Assembly: GCA_002718585.1 (NCBI GenBank)
Contig: PBFG01000019.1
Coordinates: 33,086-97,085 of the forward strand
From: Fidelibacterota bacterium
Lineage (GTDB): Bacteria > Fidelibacterota > Marinisomatia > SCGC-AAA003-L08 > D37C17
DNA: 64,000 nt
Direction of reading: 5' to 3'
Part shown: positions 45,584-54,903 of the stretch, one piece after another
Numbering within the stretch: the stretch's first letter is position 1
Layout of the letters: each line of letters starts with the position of its first letter
The notes under the pieces: model-generated
What the model was told of the DNA's origin: nothing
Database searches by the model: none
What the model saw: only the letters and a program-made list of their open reading frames with translations
Position numbers and translations under genes: made by a program

Positions 45584-46702
45584 CTAAATATTAAAGAACC
45601 ACTCAGGGATTCCGATTATGTATTTAAGATTAAAAAACCAACGAAGGTACATTTTTATAGGAAGGGACAACATAGATAAGCCTAAAATCATCAAAAACGT
45701 ATATCTAGTAGGACCATATGCTTCATACATCTTTTTCAAAACTGTTTTTGCAAGTAAAACAGGTACGACAAATAAGTAAATACCCGTAACCAAGAAACCT
45801 ACTGACTCTCTGAGCAATATATTACTTGGTAAAGGTTGGCCCAAACCAATAACCCAAAAATATTCTGATAAATTAACATTATTTAATACTTCAAGTTTGT
45901 GAGGGTCCCAATATTCAAATGGTCCGAAGAAATTCCAATTAGGACCTCTAAAGAATGTACCGATAATAATTAAATAGACCCATAAAACTACCCATCCATA
46001 CATGAAAATAAAGTATCCTACCCTACGTTCTTTAAAAGAATAATAGCCATCTCCTTTTTTATTAATATCTACATAAGGTATAGCGCACATACCAACAATT
46101 ATCAATGTGGGAAAAATAACTCCAGCCAACCATGGATCGAAGTAAACAAGCATCTCTTGTAATCCCAAGAAATACCATGGAGCTTTGGAAGGATTAGGAG
46201 TTGCAGCAGGGTTAGCAGGTTCTTCCAAAGGAGCTGGTACTAATATGGACCAAACAATTAAAAAAACCATAAATAAAATCAAACATATAAATTCAATATA
46301 TACCAAATCAGGCCAAACCAAAACTTTATCTTCAGGATCATGGTATTCCATTGGTTTTTTACCTTCATCAAGTCTTGCATCATTTATGTAAGATTTTTTC
46401 ATAGCATACCAAGTAAAAAATGCCATACTATAAACCATAAGAACAATTGGGAAATTATCGCCCTTCATTAATATGATTTTAAAATTAGGATCTTGATAAC
46501 CTAAAACAAAAAAACCTGTGATGAGAATAAACTGAATCAAACCACCTGTGTTAGTCCAAAGCTTATCAATTCTTAGCTTTCTATTTATTCTATCAAACCA
46601 ATCAGTAGGTGGAAAAACGAATGGAAATATAGCTGTAATTAAAGTAAATGATATTGTTGGAGTAGATAAATAATCTATTGTATTTTTTAACGTTTCAATC
46701 AT
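45584..46702 (-). CDS. Cytochrome b C-terminal-domain / subunit IV-like membrane subunit (extended)
   Basis: Located directly after cyt b6. Contains SKAPWYFLGLQEML where the PEWY Qo-site motif is expected. Extra TM helices compared with PetD. Confidence 0.75.
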   Translation of the reverse strand: MIETLKNTIDYLSTPTISFTLITAIFPFVFPPTDWFDRINRKLRIDKLWTNTGGLIQFILITGFFVLGYQDPNFKIILMKGDNFPIVLMVYSMAFFTWYAMKKSYINDARLDEGKKPMEYHDPEDKVLVWPDLVYIEFICLILFMVFLIVWSILVPAPLEEPANPAATPNPSKAPWYFLGLQEMLVYFDPWLAGVIFPTLIIVGMCAIPYVDINKKGDGYYSFKERRVGYFIFMYGWVVLWVYLIIIGTFFRGPNWNFFGPFEYWDPHKLEVLNNVNLSEYFWVIGLGQPLPSNILLRESVGFLVTGIYLFVVPVLLAKTVLKKMYEAYGPTRYTFLMILGLSMLSLPIKMYLRWFFNLKYIIGIPEWFFNI

Positions 46703-46705
46703 ATT

Positions 46706-47500
46706 TTATAAAGGTCCTGAGATTCCTCCATCTTTTCTAATTCTCCAGAAATGAACTGCCATAAAAATCATTGCAATAAATGGAACAGCAATACAGTGAA
46801 GAACATAAAATCTCAATAAAGTTGCTTCACCTACAAATCTTCCTGCTAATAATGCAAATCTAACGTCAGAAGCAGAATGAATTAAATTTATATCTCCAAT
46901 AGCAAGTAAAGAAGCACCTGGGCCTTCAGAACCTAGGAAAGGTGTTGCTCTAGCCATATTAGTTCCAACAGTCACAGCCCAAATTGCTAATTGATCCCAA
47001 GGAAGAAGATAACCTGTAAAACTTAGCAAGAGAGTAAGAGTCATTAATATAACACCAACAGCCCAATTAAATTCCCTTGGTGGCTTATAAGATCCAGTCA
47101 TAAAAACTCTGAGCATATGAAGCCATGTTGTCAAAACCATACAATGCGCACCCCATCTGTGAATTTCTCTCATTATACCTAGAGGAACTTGTTCACCTAA
47201 ATCTATAATATCAGTAAATGCATATTCTACAGTAGGCCTATAATAAAACATTAATAAAATTCCTGTAATTGTAAGAACTACAAATAAGAAGAAGGATAAT
47301 CCACCCATACACCATGTATAACCAACCTTTACTGCATGTCTTGGTAAACGTGCTGGATGTAAGTGTAAAAAAACATTTCCTAAAACAGCATACATTCTTT
47401 GCCTTCTGGTTCTAGGAACTCCTGATCTAAAAATAGATTTCCATACAGGAGAATTTCCTACTTTATCTAATAATGATTCTTTTTTCTTATCTTCTGGCAT
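46706..47500 (-). CDS. Cytochrome b6-type subunit (N-terminal four-helix domain, split cyt b)
   Basis: Heme-ligand pairs are H-x13-H (HRWGAHCMVLTTWLH) and H-x14-H (HCIAVPFIAMIFMAVH). The 14-residue spacing is the b6/Bacillus type. Confidence 0.88.
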   Translation of the reverse strand: MPEDKKKESLLDKVGNSPVWKSIFRSGVPRTRRQRMYAVLGNVFLHLHPARLPRHAVKVGYTWCMGGLSFFLFVVLTITGILLMFYYRPTVEYAFTDIIDLGEQVPLGIMREIHRWGAHCMVLTTWLHMLRVFMTGSYKPPREFNWAVGVILMTLTLLLSFTGYLLPWDQLAIWAVTVGTNMARATPFLGSEGPGASLLAIGDINLIHSASDVRFALLAGRFVGEATLLRFYVLHCIAVPFIAMIFMAVHFWRIRKDGGISGPL

Positions 47501-47518
47501 ATTTTTCCTTTAAATTCA

Positions 47519-48193
47519 CTAAACTTTCAAAAATGATTCTGTTCTATTCCATTCACCTTTTTCATAATTAAATTTCTTTGTTTTATCAACTAAAATTTGA
47601 CCATCATTGGATAAAACAATTCTATATCTTTCTAGTGGCCTTGGAGCTGGGCCTTCAAAATGCATGCCTGATGAACGAAATCCACTACCATGGCATGGAC
47701 ATTTAAATTTCCTATCTGCTTCCAGCCAATTAGGAGTACACCCTAAATGAGTACAAACTGTTGACAGAGCAATAATTTTTTCATCATCTCTTACGATCCA
47801 AACATTATGAGATTTTTTAAATCTTAGGTCTACTTTACCAGCTTCAAAGTCATTTGGAAAACCTATTTTAAAGCTTTGGGGTGGCTCAAATAAAACATTT
47901 GGAAACAGAAATCTTATTATGACAGTAAAAAATCCTCCTGTCGCCCCAGCAAATGCTAACCATCCAAGTGTCAACCAATTTAAAAAAGATTTCCTGTTAA
48001 TTATTTGACCAAAAGATAAGTCTTTATATTTATCAACAGGAAATTTATTATTGAATATTTCTAAAATTTCTCTGGCTAAATAATTTGGATAAATACCATT
48101 TCGCTTTGATTTGATATCATCGCATATAGAGTACCAATCTGTTTCACTTTTTGCTTGAATCAGAGATTGTTTCTCTTCTTTTGTAAGTTTCAT
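47519..48193 (-). CDS. Rieske [2Fe-2S] subunit with a cytoplasmic N-terminal extension of about 60 aa
   Basis: Cluster boxes CTHLGC and CPCHGS. Weak Tat-like NRKSFL before the TM helix. Confidence 0.9.
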   Translation of the reverse strand: MKLTKEEKQSLIQAKSETDWYSICDDIKSKRNGIYPNYLAREILEIFNNKFPVDKYKDLSFGQIINRKSFLNWLTLGWLAFAGATGGFFTVIIRFLFPNVLFEPPQSFKIGFPNDFEAGKVDLRFKKSHNVWIVRDDEKIIALSTVCTHLGCTPNWLEADRKFKCPCHGSGFRSSGMHFEGPAPRPLERYRIVLSNDGQILVDKTKKFNYEKGEWNRTESFLKV

Positions 48194-48254
48194 TTATTTA
48201 TTTTTTTACCGTAAATTAAATTTTAACAAAAAATCAACTATTCAAATTTAATAA

Positions 48255-49142
48255 TTATTTATAATAATTAGTAAGTGTTTTCAATGCAAATTCTCTAATT
48301 TGTATATTTTTATCATTTTTTGATAAAAAAGTCAACTTATCTTTGAATCTGTCATCTACTAGTTTTTGAGTTACTGCAATAGCTATGTAGATAGAATTAT
48401 CTACTTCATCTACATTTACTCCAGTCCCATTGGCCTTGGATGGAAACAAACTGTAATAATCTCTATCTAAGAGATTAATAATAATACTAATTCCTGAATC
48501 ATCGTTCATTTTTGCAAGAGCAATTGCTGAATCCCATCTTATATTGGGTTCTTCGTAATCTAGCATATCAATTAATATTTGCTTATATTTCGAATCACCA
48601 ATTACTCCTAATGATATGATTGCAGCAAGTTTTTCAGAATCATGAATCGAATTCTTAATTATCAATTCTAAAGTCGAACAACTTTCTTTAAATTGTAACA
48701 TTCCTAATGACTGAATTGCAGCTATTCGATTAGTTAAATCTTCATCTTCATTCAATCCTTCTAACAAATAGGGACCAAAAGAATAGTCTTTAGTCTTTCC
48801 CATTGCCAGAGCTAAATAAGTTCTAACTCTTGAATCATCATATTTTGATTTTTCATACAAAAAAATCATTTTATTATTAAAAAGTTCTTTATTAATGACC
48901 TCAGACTTATCAAGCATGTTAGATAATTCGAAAGCAGATTGCCACCTTTTGGTAGAAGATCCCGATTGTATATTATCTAATAGGTCAATTGGAGTACTTT
49001 TTTCATATGTCAAAAATTGGAACATAAAAAAGAATAAAGCTCCAAAAATAGCTATCATAAATGGAATAAGAAAAAAAGAATAAAATAGAGCATAAACTCT
49101 ACTCGGATTCTCATTTATATTATCTTTTAAATTCTCACTCAT
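48255..49142 (-). CDS. Membrane-anchored HEAT-repeat protein
   Basis: N-terminal TM helix and repeated HEAT/PBS-lyase-like units (RIAAIQSLGML, KLAAIISLGVIGD, IRWDSAIALAKMND). Confidence 0.7.
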   Translation of the reverse strand: MSENLKDNINENPSRVYALFYSFFLIPFMIAIFGALFFFMFQFLTYEKSTPIDLLDNIQSGSSTKRWQSAFELSNMLDKSEVINKELFNNKMIFLYEKSKYDDSRVRTYLALAMGKTKDYSFGPYLLEGLNEDEDLTNRIAAIQSLGMLQFKESCSTLELIIKNSIHDSEKLAAIISLGVIGDSKYKQILIDMLDYEEPNIRWDSAIALAKMNDDSGISIIINLLDRDYYSLFPSKANGTGVNVDEVDNSIYIAIAVTQKLVDDRFKDKLTFLSKNDKNIQIREFALKTLTNYYK

Positions 49143-49145
49143 TTA

Positions 49146-49283
49146 TTACTCTTTTTTTTTAAGTAAATGGCTAACTATTTTATTTAACTTTCTTACTTCC
49201 TTTTTAAGATTTATTATTTCTTTGACAAAAAAAAGAAATGTAAACCCCAATAAAGATAATAGTAGAATTAAATTTGACTTCAC
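49146..49283 (-). CDS. Possible 45 aa single-TM microprotein
   Basis: Hand translation gives VKSNLILLLSLLGFTFLFFVKEIINLKKEVRKLNKIVSHLLKKKE. Its GTG overlaps the stop of the upstream micro-ORF (GTGA). Its stop lies 3 nt before the HEAT gene ATG. Confidence 0.3.
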   Translation of the reverse strand: MKSNLILLLSLLGFTFLFFVKEIINLKKEVRKLNKIVSHLLKKKE

Positions 49284-49393
49284 TTATCTTTAGTTTCCTT
49301 GTCATATAAATCATATCCCAGTAAAACTGGAAATAAAAACAATATCACAATACTTATGGATAAAAACAATATTATCCAATTTAAGTTTTCCAT
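49280..49393 (-). CDS. Possible 37 aa single-TM microprotein
   Basis: Hand translation gives MENLNWIILFLSISIVILFLFPVLLGYDLYDKETKDK. Coupled to the next micro-ORF. Confidence 0.3.
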   Translation of the reverse strand: MENLNWIILFLSISIVILFLFPVLLGYDLYDKETKDK

Positions 49394-49415
49394 AAGCCAA
49401 ATTAGTGTCAACCAT

Positions 49416-49769
49416 TCAAAATTCATTATTTAGTTTTGCTCGAAATGATTCAACTAGCTTTATACTTTCTTCAACAACTCTAATTGAATCTATATTATTG
49501 TTTTTTTTATGATATCTTAAAATCTTATTTTGCGTTTTGAGATAATTGTTAGTTTTAATCAATTCCTGCTTATTTAATTTATTAATAATTTGGTTAAAAT
49601 CATCGTATAAATTATCAAAATTTTCAGGTAATTTAATTTTACGTTGTTTAACTTTTCTTTCAAAAAATTCGTCAAACTCATTATCAATATATTCAACTGT
49701 AACTTCAGAGTTATTTTTTTTTACTATTTTTAAAAAAATACATGGATGTGAATAAGCTTTTTTTCTCAT
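49416..49769 (-). CDS. Hypothetical protein
   Basis: 117 aa charged, helical-looking ORF. No motif recognised. Confidence 0.4.
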   Translation of the reverse strand: MRKKAYSHPCIFLKIVKKNNSEVTVEYIDNEFDEFFERKVKQRKIKLPENFDNLYDDFNQIINKLNKQELIKTNNYLKTQNKILRYHKKNNNIDSIRVVEESIKLVESFRAKLNNEF

Positions 49770-49899
49770 TTAAAAATATACAAATACCACAACAAAATAT
49801 GCGATGGTCAATAAAGTACAAATTAATATGGCAATTGTTCGATTTAACAAAGAATATGCTTTATTATAAATGAAATTAATATTTAAATTTAGATAGATT

Positions 49900-50736
49900 A
49901 TGGATACACTTACAATAAATTATAATGACAAAAATTTTAGAGAAGAATTCGTTCACTCATTACATAATACTGGCTTTGCAGTCATTAATGACCATCCAAT
50001 TGACCAAAACCTAATTAATGAAGTATATGATGATTGGTCTATTTTTTTTAAATCTGAGAAAAAGCATGATTATTTATTTGATTATGAGAAACAGGATGGC
50101 TATTTTCCTTTCAAATCTGAAAATGCAAATGATAGTGAAAGAAAAGATTTAAAAGAATTTTACCATATTTATCCTTTATGGGGTAGATATCCTGACTTTT
50201 TGAGTAAAAAAAGTTTAGTGCTTTTTGAAGAAATAACAAAATTTGGTAATATTCTTCTTGAAGCTTTAGATATTTTTTCACCTAATGAAATAAGAAAACA
50301 TTACAGTGAGCCTCTTAATAAAATGTCAAAAAGTAGTGATCAAAATCTTATGAGGGTTATTCATTATCCGCCTCTTAGAGATTCAGACCACCCAGATGAA
50401 ATAAGGGCAGCTGCACATACGGATATAAACTTAATTACTTTATTAATCTCAGGTTCACAACCTGGCTTGCAAGTTATGGATAAAAATAAAAATTGGGTTG
50501 ACATTAAATCTAAAAAAGGACAGATTGTAATTAACACTGGAGATATGTTAAAAGAATGTTCAAATGGCTATTTCCCATCAACTGTCCATCGTGTAATAAA
50601 TCCAGAAATTAAAAAAAATGTTTCTAGGTTTTCTATTCCATTATTTTTTCACCCTAGAGGAGATGTTGTTTTATCAAAAAAATATACTGCTGATGAATAT
50701 TTGTTTAAAAGATTAAAAGAAATCGGACTTAAATGA
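49900..50736 (+). CDS. 2-oxoglutarate/Fe(II)-dependent oxygenase (isopenicillin N synthase family)
   Basis: Facial triad context AAHTDINLITLL ... STVHRV and the RFSIPLFFHP tail. Confidence 0.8.
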   Translation: MDTLTINYNDKNFREEFVHSLHNTGFAVINDHPIDQNLINEVYDDWSIFFKSEKKHDYLFDYEKQDGYFPFKSENANDSERKDLKEFYHIYPLWGRYPDFLSKKSLVLFEEITKFGNILLEALDIFSPNEIRKHYSEPLNKMSKSSDQNLMRVIHYPPLRDSDHPDEIRAAAHTDINLITLLISGSQPGLQVMDKNKNWVDIKSKKGQIVINTGDMLKECSNGYFPSTVHRVINPEIKKNVSRFSIPLFFHPRGDVVLSKKYTADEYLFKRLKEIGLK

Positions 50737-51116
50737 TAAAAAAGCTATTTTTTCTATTATTCATTTTAGTGTTGAGTTGCAGTAAAAATAATCAGGAAGA
50801 CACAAAAAAAAACTTTCCATTTGTTAATAGCTACTCCGCAGATTTAAAAAATGGAAGAAAAGTCTTCAATAAAGCATGTATCACTTGTCATCTTTATGGT
50901 AGTGGAGGTTCCATTATGCTTAATGATAGTCTTTCATGGTCACGAGTAATATCAAAAAAAAATAAAATTGAAATTTATTCCAATGTTTATAATGGTTATA
51001 TGGGTGAGAAAGGACCAATGCCTTATAAAGGTGGATGCATTGATTGTTCAGATGAAGATTTATTAGATGCTATCGAATATATTTTATCTGTTAATGGTCT
51101 CAGCGTGGGTAATTGA
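50733..51116 (+). CDS. Lipoprotein class I cytochrome c (c5-like)
   Basis: Lipobox LSCS, heme motif CITCH, Met ligand region GPMPYKGGC and the c5-type disulfide C..C (GGCIDCSDEDL). Confidence 0.8.
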   Translation: MIKKLFFLLFILVLSCSKNNQEDTKKNFPFVNSYSADLKNGRKVFNKACITCHLYGSGGSIMLNDSLSWSRVISKKNKIEIYSNVYNGYMGEKGPMPYKGGCIDCSDEDLLDAIEYILSVNGLSVGN

Positions 51117-52109
51117 AAATTTTATTTGAACTAAAATCAGAACAATTAATGCTGCCATACCTTGATGAATAACACCCAAAACAACAGGTACTTTCAACAG
51201 CAAGGTCATTATACCTAAGTAAAACTGAATAATAAAAGCCATAAAGAGCATACCAGTAAACTTATTATAAAATTCCTCTTGTGTTTTTATAAAATACCAA
51301 CCAGCATATACCATTATAATTATTGCTAAAAATCTATGTGAAAATTGAAAAGTTTTCATATTTTCTAAAAAATTCATATAAAATGGTTGAATTGCCATCA
51401 GACCGTCTGGTATTAGCTTACCCTCCATCAAAGGAAAAGTATTCCATAATAATCCTGCTTTAGTTCCTGCAATAAAAGCACCAAAAAGAACCTGAATCAA
51501 ATATAAAATAAAAATTACATTTATATGCTTTGATAGGTAGTGATTATTTATTCTTCCAGCACTTTTATGACTTAAAGTAAGTTTTATCCATAGGGTATAA
51601 CCAAATAAGAAAAAAGCAGAAATCAAATGTGCTGATAAACGATAATGACTAACATGAGGGTTGTTTACTAACCCACTTTTAACCATAAACCAACCTAAAA
51701 TACCCTGAAAAATCACTAAAAAGATTGCAAATAACATTGGTTTTATTAGCCTATCAGGTAATTTCTTTTTATATAAAAATAAAAGAAAAGGAATTATAAA
51801 TACTAAGCCAATGATTCTTCCAAAAATCCTATGCAAATATTCCCAAAAAAATATTTTTTTATAACCTGATAAATCCATCTGCCTATATTTATTGATTTTT
51901 TGATATTCAGGAAATTTCTTATACTCTTCGAATGATTCAATCCATTGACTTTCACTTATCGGAGGAATTATGCCCATAACAGGTTTCCAATCTACCATTG
52001 ATAAACCAGATTGGGTTAAACGAGTGGCTCCTCCAATTAAAATCATTATAAAAATTAAGATAAGACATGAATTCAACCAAAATTTTATATGTAAGTTATT
52101 TTTTTTCAT
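51084..52109 (-). CDS. ctaA: Heme A synthase (COX15/CtaA)
   Basis: GGATRLTQSGLSMVDW..PP..W..F..YKKFPEYQ N-terminal signature, 8 TM helices with paired His. Confidence 0.85.
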   Translation of the reverse strand: MKKNNLHIKFWLNSCLILIFIMILIGGATRLTQSGLSMVDWKPVMGIIPPISESQWIESFEEYKKFPEYQKINKYRQMDLSGYKKIFFWEYLHRIFGRIIGLVFIIPFLLFLYKKKLPDRLIKPMLFAIFLVIFQGILGWFMVKSGLVNNPHVSHYRLSAHLISAFFLFGYTLWIKLTLSHKSAGRINNHYLSKHINVIFILYLIQVLFGAFIAGTKAGLLWNTFPLMEGKLIPDGLMAIQPFYMNFLENMKTFQFSHRFLAIIIMVYAGWYFIKTQEEFYNKFTGMLFMAFIIQFYLGIMTLLLKVPVVLGVIHQGMAALIVLILVQIKFSITHAETINR

Positions 52110-52984
52110 AAAAAAAGTGTATCAAAAATTATTAATAACATTAATAACGGCAAATAAATAATTGAAAAAATAAAAAGTTTTTTAATTTTTCTACTTGATT
52201 GTTCAAATAAAATATTTGCTGAATGAATTAAAAAAACTACTCCTAAAATCACTGCTCCAAACATATAAATAAAAGACGTAAGATTTAATAAATAAATACC
52301 AATAGAGGATCCGATTAAAGCCATAACAAAAAATACAATTTGGAATAATGTAGAATCTAAATTTTTACTTATTGAAGGAAGCATTTTAAATCCAGCATTC
52401 CTATAATCATCTTTATATATTATTGCTAATGATAAAAAATGAGGTATTTGCCAACAAAACAATATTAAAAAAAGGATTAATGCAGGCGAATTAATTTCTC
52501 CAGTAGCAGCTGTCCATCCTCCAACCGGAGGTAATGCCCCTGGAAAAGAACCAATAACTGTATTCCATTTTGACCTTGTTTTCGATGGTGTGTAAATACA
52601 TACATAACTAAATATTGTTAAAAAAGAAATTAGTGATGTTACAGAATTAATAAAAAAATAGAGATAAAGACATCCAGTAATCCCAAGAACTAATCCTAAA
52701 AAAAGAGCAAAATTTTTATTAATTCTATTTTGAGGCAAGGGTCTAGCGACTGTTCTTTTCATTTTCAAATCAAGATCAGATTCTAAAAATTGATTCAGAA
52801 TAGCTGATGAACTAGAGGTAAGTGAAATTCCAATAATCAAATGAAAAAAAATAATTATACTTGATAATTCTATCATTTGTAATTCAACAAACCTCAAACC
52901 TAGATAATAACCTAAGTATGCAGTTATAATTACTAAAATTGTAATTCTAACTTTAATCAAGGTCAAAATATCTTTAAATAACAT
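52106..52984 (-). CDS. ctaB: Protoheme IX farnesyltransferase (heme O synthase)
   Basis: UbiA-family motifs (DLDLKMKRTVARPLP, CWQIPHFLSLAI). Overlaps ctaA. Confidence 0.9.
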   Translation of the reverse strand: MLFKDILTLIKVRITILVIITAYLGYYLGLRFVELQMIELSSIIIFFHLIIGISLTSSSSAILNQFLESDLDLKMKRTVARPLPQNRINKNFALFLGLVLGITGCLYLYFFINSVTSLISFLTIFSYVCIYTPSKTRSKWNTVIGSFPGALPPVGGWTAATGEINSPALILFLILFCWQIPHFLSLAIIYKDDYRNAGFKMLPSISKNLDSTLFQIVFFVMALIGSSIGIYLLNLTSFIYMFGAVILGVVFLIHSANILFEQSSRKIKKLFIFSIIYLPLLMLLIIFDTLFL

Positions 52985-52986
52985 AT

Positions 52987-54903
52987 TTATAATCTTTTAC
53001 TTTCATATTCTTCTAAGCAAGAAAAGTTTACAATTGAATCTTTGTTTGAAATTTCTTGACCATTTATAATTTGCTTTACAGCAATTTCTATTTTTTTCCC
53101 ATTAATTGTGTACGGAATATCTTTTACTTCTAAAATTTTAAATGGTACATGCCTGGGTGAACAACTATTTTTTATATCTTTCTTTATCTTACTAATAAAA
53201 TCATTTTTCAGAACTATATTATTTTTCATCTTAACAAATAAAATTATTTTTTCATCATCATCATATAATTTACCTACTGCTAGGGAATCATCAATAAAAT
53301 CTATTTTTTCAACAATTTCATAAATTTCTGAAGTTCCTATTCTAACTCCTCCAGGATTTAATGTAGTATCAGACCTCCCATAGATGATTACACCACCATT
53401 TTCATTAATAGAGATATAATCTCCATGTTTCCAAATATTTTTATAATCTGAAAAATAAGTTGATATAAATTTTTTATTTTTAAAATCATTCCAAAATCCA
53501 ATTGGCATTGATGGAAAAGGTTGATCACATACCAATTCACCTTTTGTATTTAATCGATGAAATCCATCTTTGTCAAAACTTTTTACACTCATTCCTAAAC
53601 CAATACATTGCAATTCCATTTTTCTTACAGGTAAAATAGGGTTTCCCAAAGCAAAGCAAGATATAATATCTGTGCCACCAGAAATAGAACTTAATTGAAT
53701 TTTATCACTCCACTTTTCATATATATAATTAAAATTATCTGAAGAAAGCACTGAACCTGTTGACAATATTGACTTCAATAACTTAAAAGGAAACTTTCCT
53801 GGGTTAACATTATAAGACTCTAATGCAGATATATACTTTGCACTAGTTCCTAAAACATTTATATCAATTTCATCTAACTTATTTAATAAACTATCTTTAT
53901 GAGGATAAAATGGATTACCGTCATATAAAACAATTGAAGCACCAACTGCTAAACTGCTTACCAACCAGTTCCACATCATCCATCCGCAAGTTGAATAGTA
54001 AAAAATTTTATCATTTTTTTTCAAATTTACATGTAAAAGATGCTCTTTATTGTGTTGAACTAGAGTACCACCTACTGAATGAACAATACTTTTAGGCTTA
54101 CCTGTTGTTCCAGATGAATACATTATGTAAAGGGGGTGGTTAAAATCAACTTGCTCAAAATTTATTTCATCACAATCATTACCTGTAAGCTTATCCCAAT
54201 TAGATAATCCAATATTTAGATAATTTGCAATAAATACATTTTCTATTGAAGAAAGAGAACTTACTATTTTATTTAATTTATTATTGTAATTAACTTCTTT
54301 ACCTTTGTAATAGTATCCATCAGAAGCAATAATAATCTTAGGATTTATTTGCTTAAATCTATCAAGAACCGCATCAGTTCCAAAGTCAGGAGAACAGGAA
54401 GACCAAACAGCACCAATACTAGTTGCAGCAAGCATTGATATAATTGCTTCAGGTAAATTGGGAATGAAACCAGCTATCCTATCTCCTTTTCTAATTCCCA
54501 GGCTCCTAAAACTATGTGCAACTTTTGCTACTTCAGAGTAAAGTTCATTAAATGTTATCTGAGTTTTTACTTTATTCTCACCGAAAAAATGTATAGCAAT
54601 ATTATCATCTTTATTTTTAAGTAGATTCTCAGCATAATTTAACTTTGAATTTAAAAACCACTTTGTTTTCCAAATTCTTTTATCTTTTTTAATGATATTT
54701 GTAAATTTTTGAGAATATTTAATATTTGAGAAAATCCAAACTTCTTCCCAGAATTTTTCTAGTTCACTTATAGACCATTTATATAAATCATCATAACTAT
54801 CAAAATTATGACCATATTTATGATTAATATTTTGTGTAAATCTAAATAAGTTTGATTCTTTTATATTCTGAGCAGAGGGTTTCCACAAAATTTTATTTAT
54901 CAT
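52987..54903 (-). CDS. Acetoacetyl-CoA synthetase (acetoacetate-CoA ligase)
   Basis: AMP-binding motif MYSSGTTGKPK and the AACS-type N-terminus (LWKPS...NL..F........F.SY.DLYKWS...EKFW). Confidence 0.85.
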   Translation of the reverse strand: MINKILWKPSAQNIKESNLFRFTQNINHKYGHNFDSYDDLYKWSISELEKFWEEVWIFSNIKYSQKFTNIIKKDKRIWKTKWFLNSKLNYAENLLKNKDDNIAIHFFGENKVKTQITFNELYSEVAKVAHSFRSLGIRKGDRIAGFIPNLPEAIISMLAATSIGAVWSSCSPDFGTDAVLDRFKQINPKIIIASDGYYYKGKEVNYNNKLNKIVSSLSSIENVFIANYLNIGLSNWDKLTGNDCDEINFEQVDFNHPLYIMYSSGTTGKPKSIVHSVGGTLVQHNKEHLLHVNLKKNDKIFYYSTCGWMMWNWLVSSLAVGASIVLYDGNPFYPHKDSLLNKLDEIDINVLGTSAKYISALESYNVNPGKFPFKLLKSILSTGSVLSSDNFNYIYEKWSDKIQLSSISGGTDIISCFALGNPILPVRKMELQCIGLGMSVKSFDKDGFHRLNTKGELVCDQPFPSMPIGFWNDFKNKKFISTYFSDYKNIWKHGDYISINENGGVIIYGRSDTTLNPGGVRIGTSEIYEIVEKIDFIDDSLAVGKLYDDDEKIILFVKMKNNIVLKNDFISKIKKDIKNSCSPRHVPFKILEVKDIPYTINGKKIEIAVKQIINGQEISNKDSIVNFSCLEEYESKRL

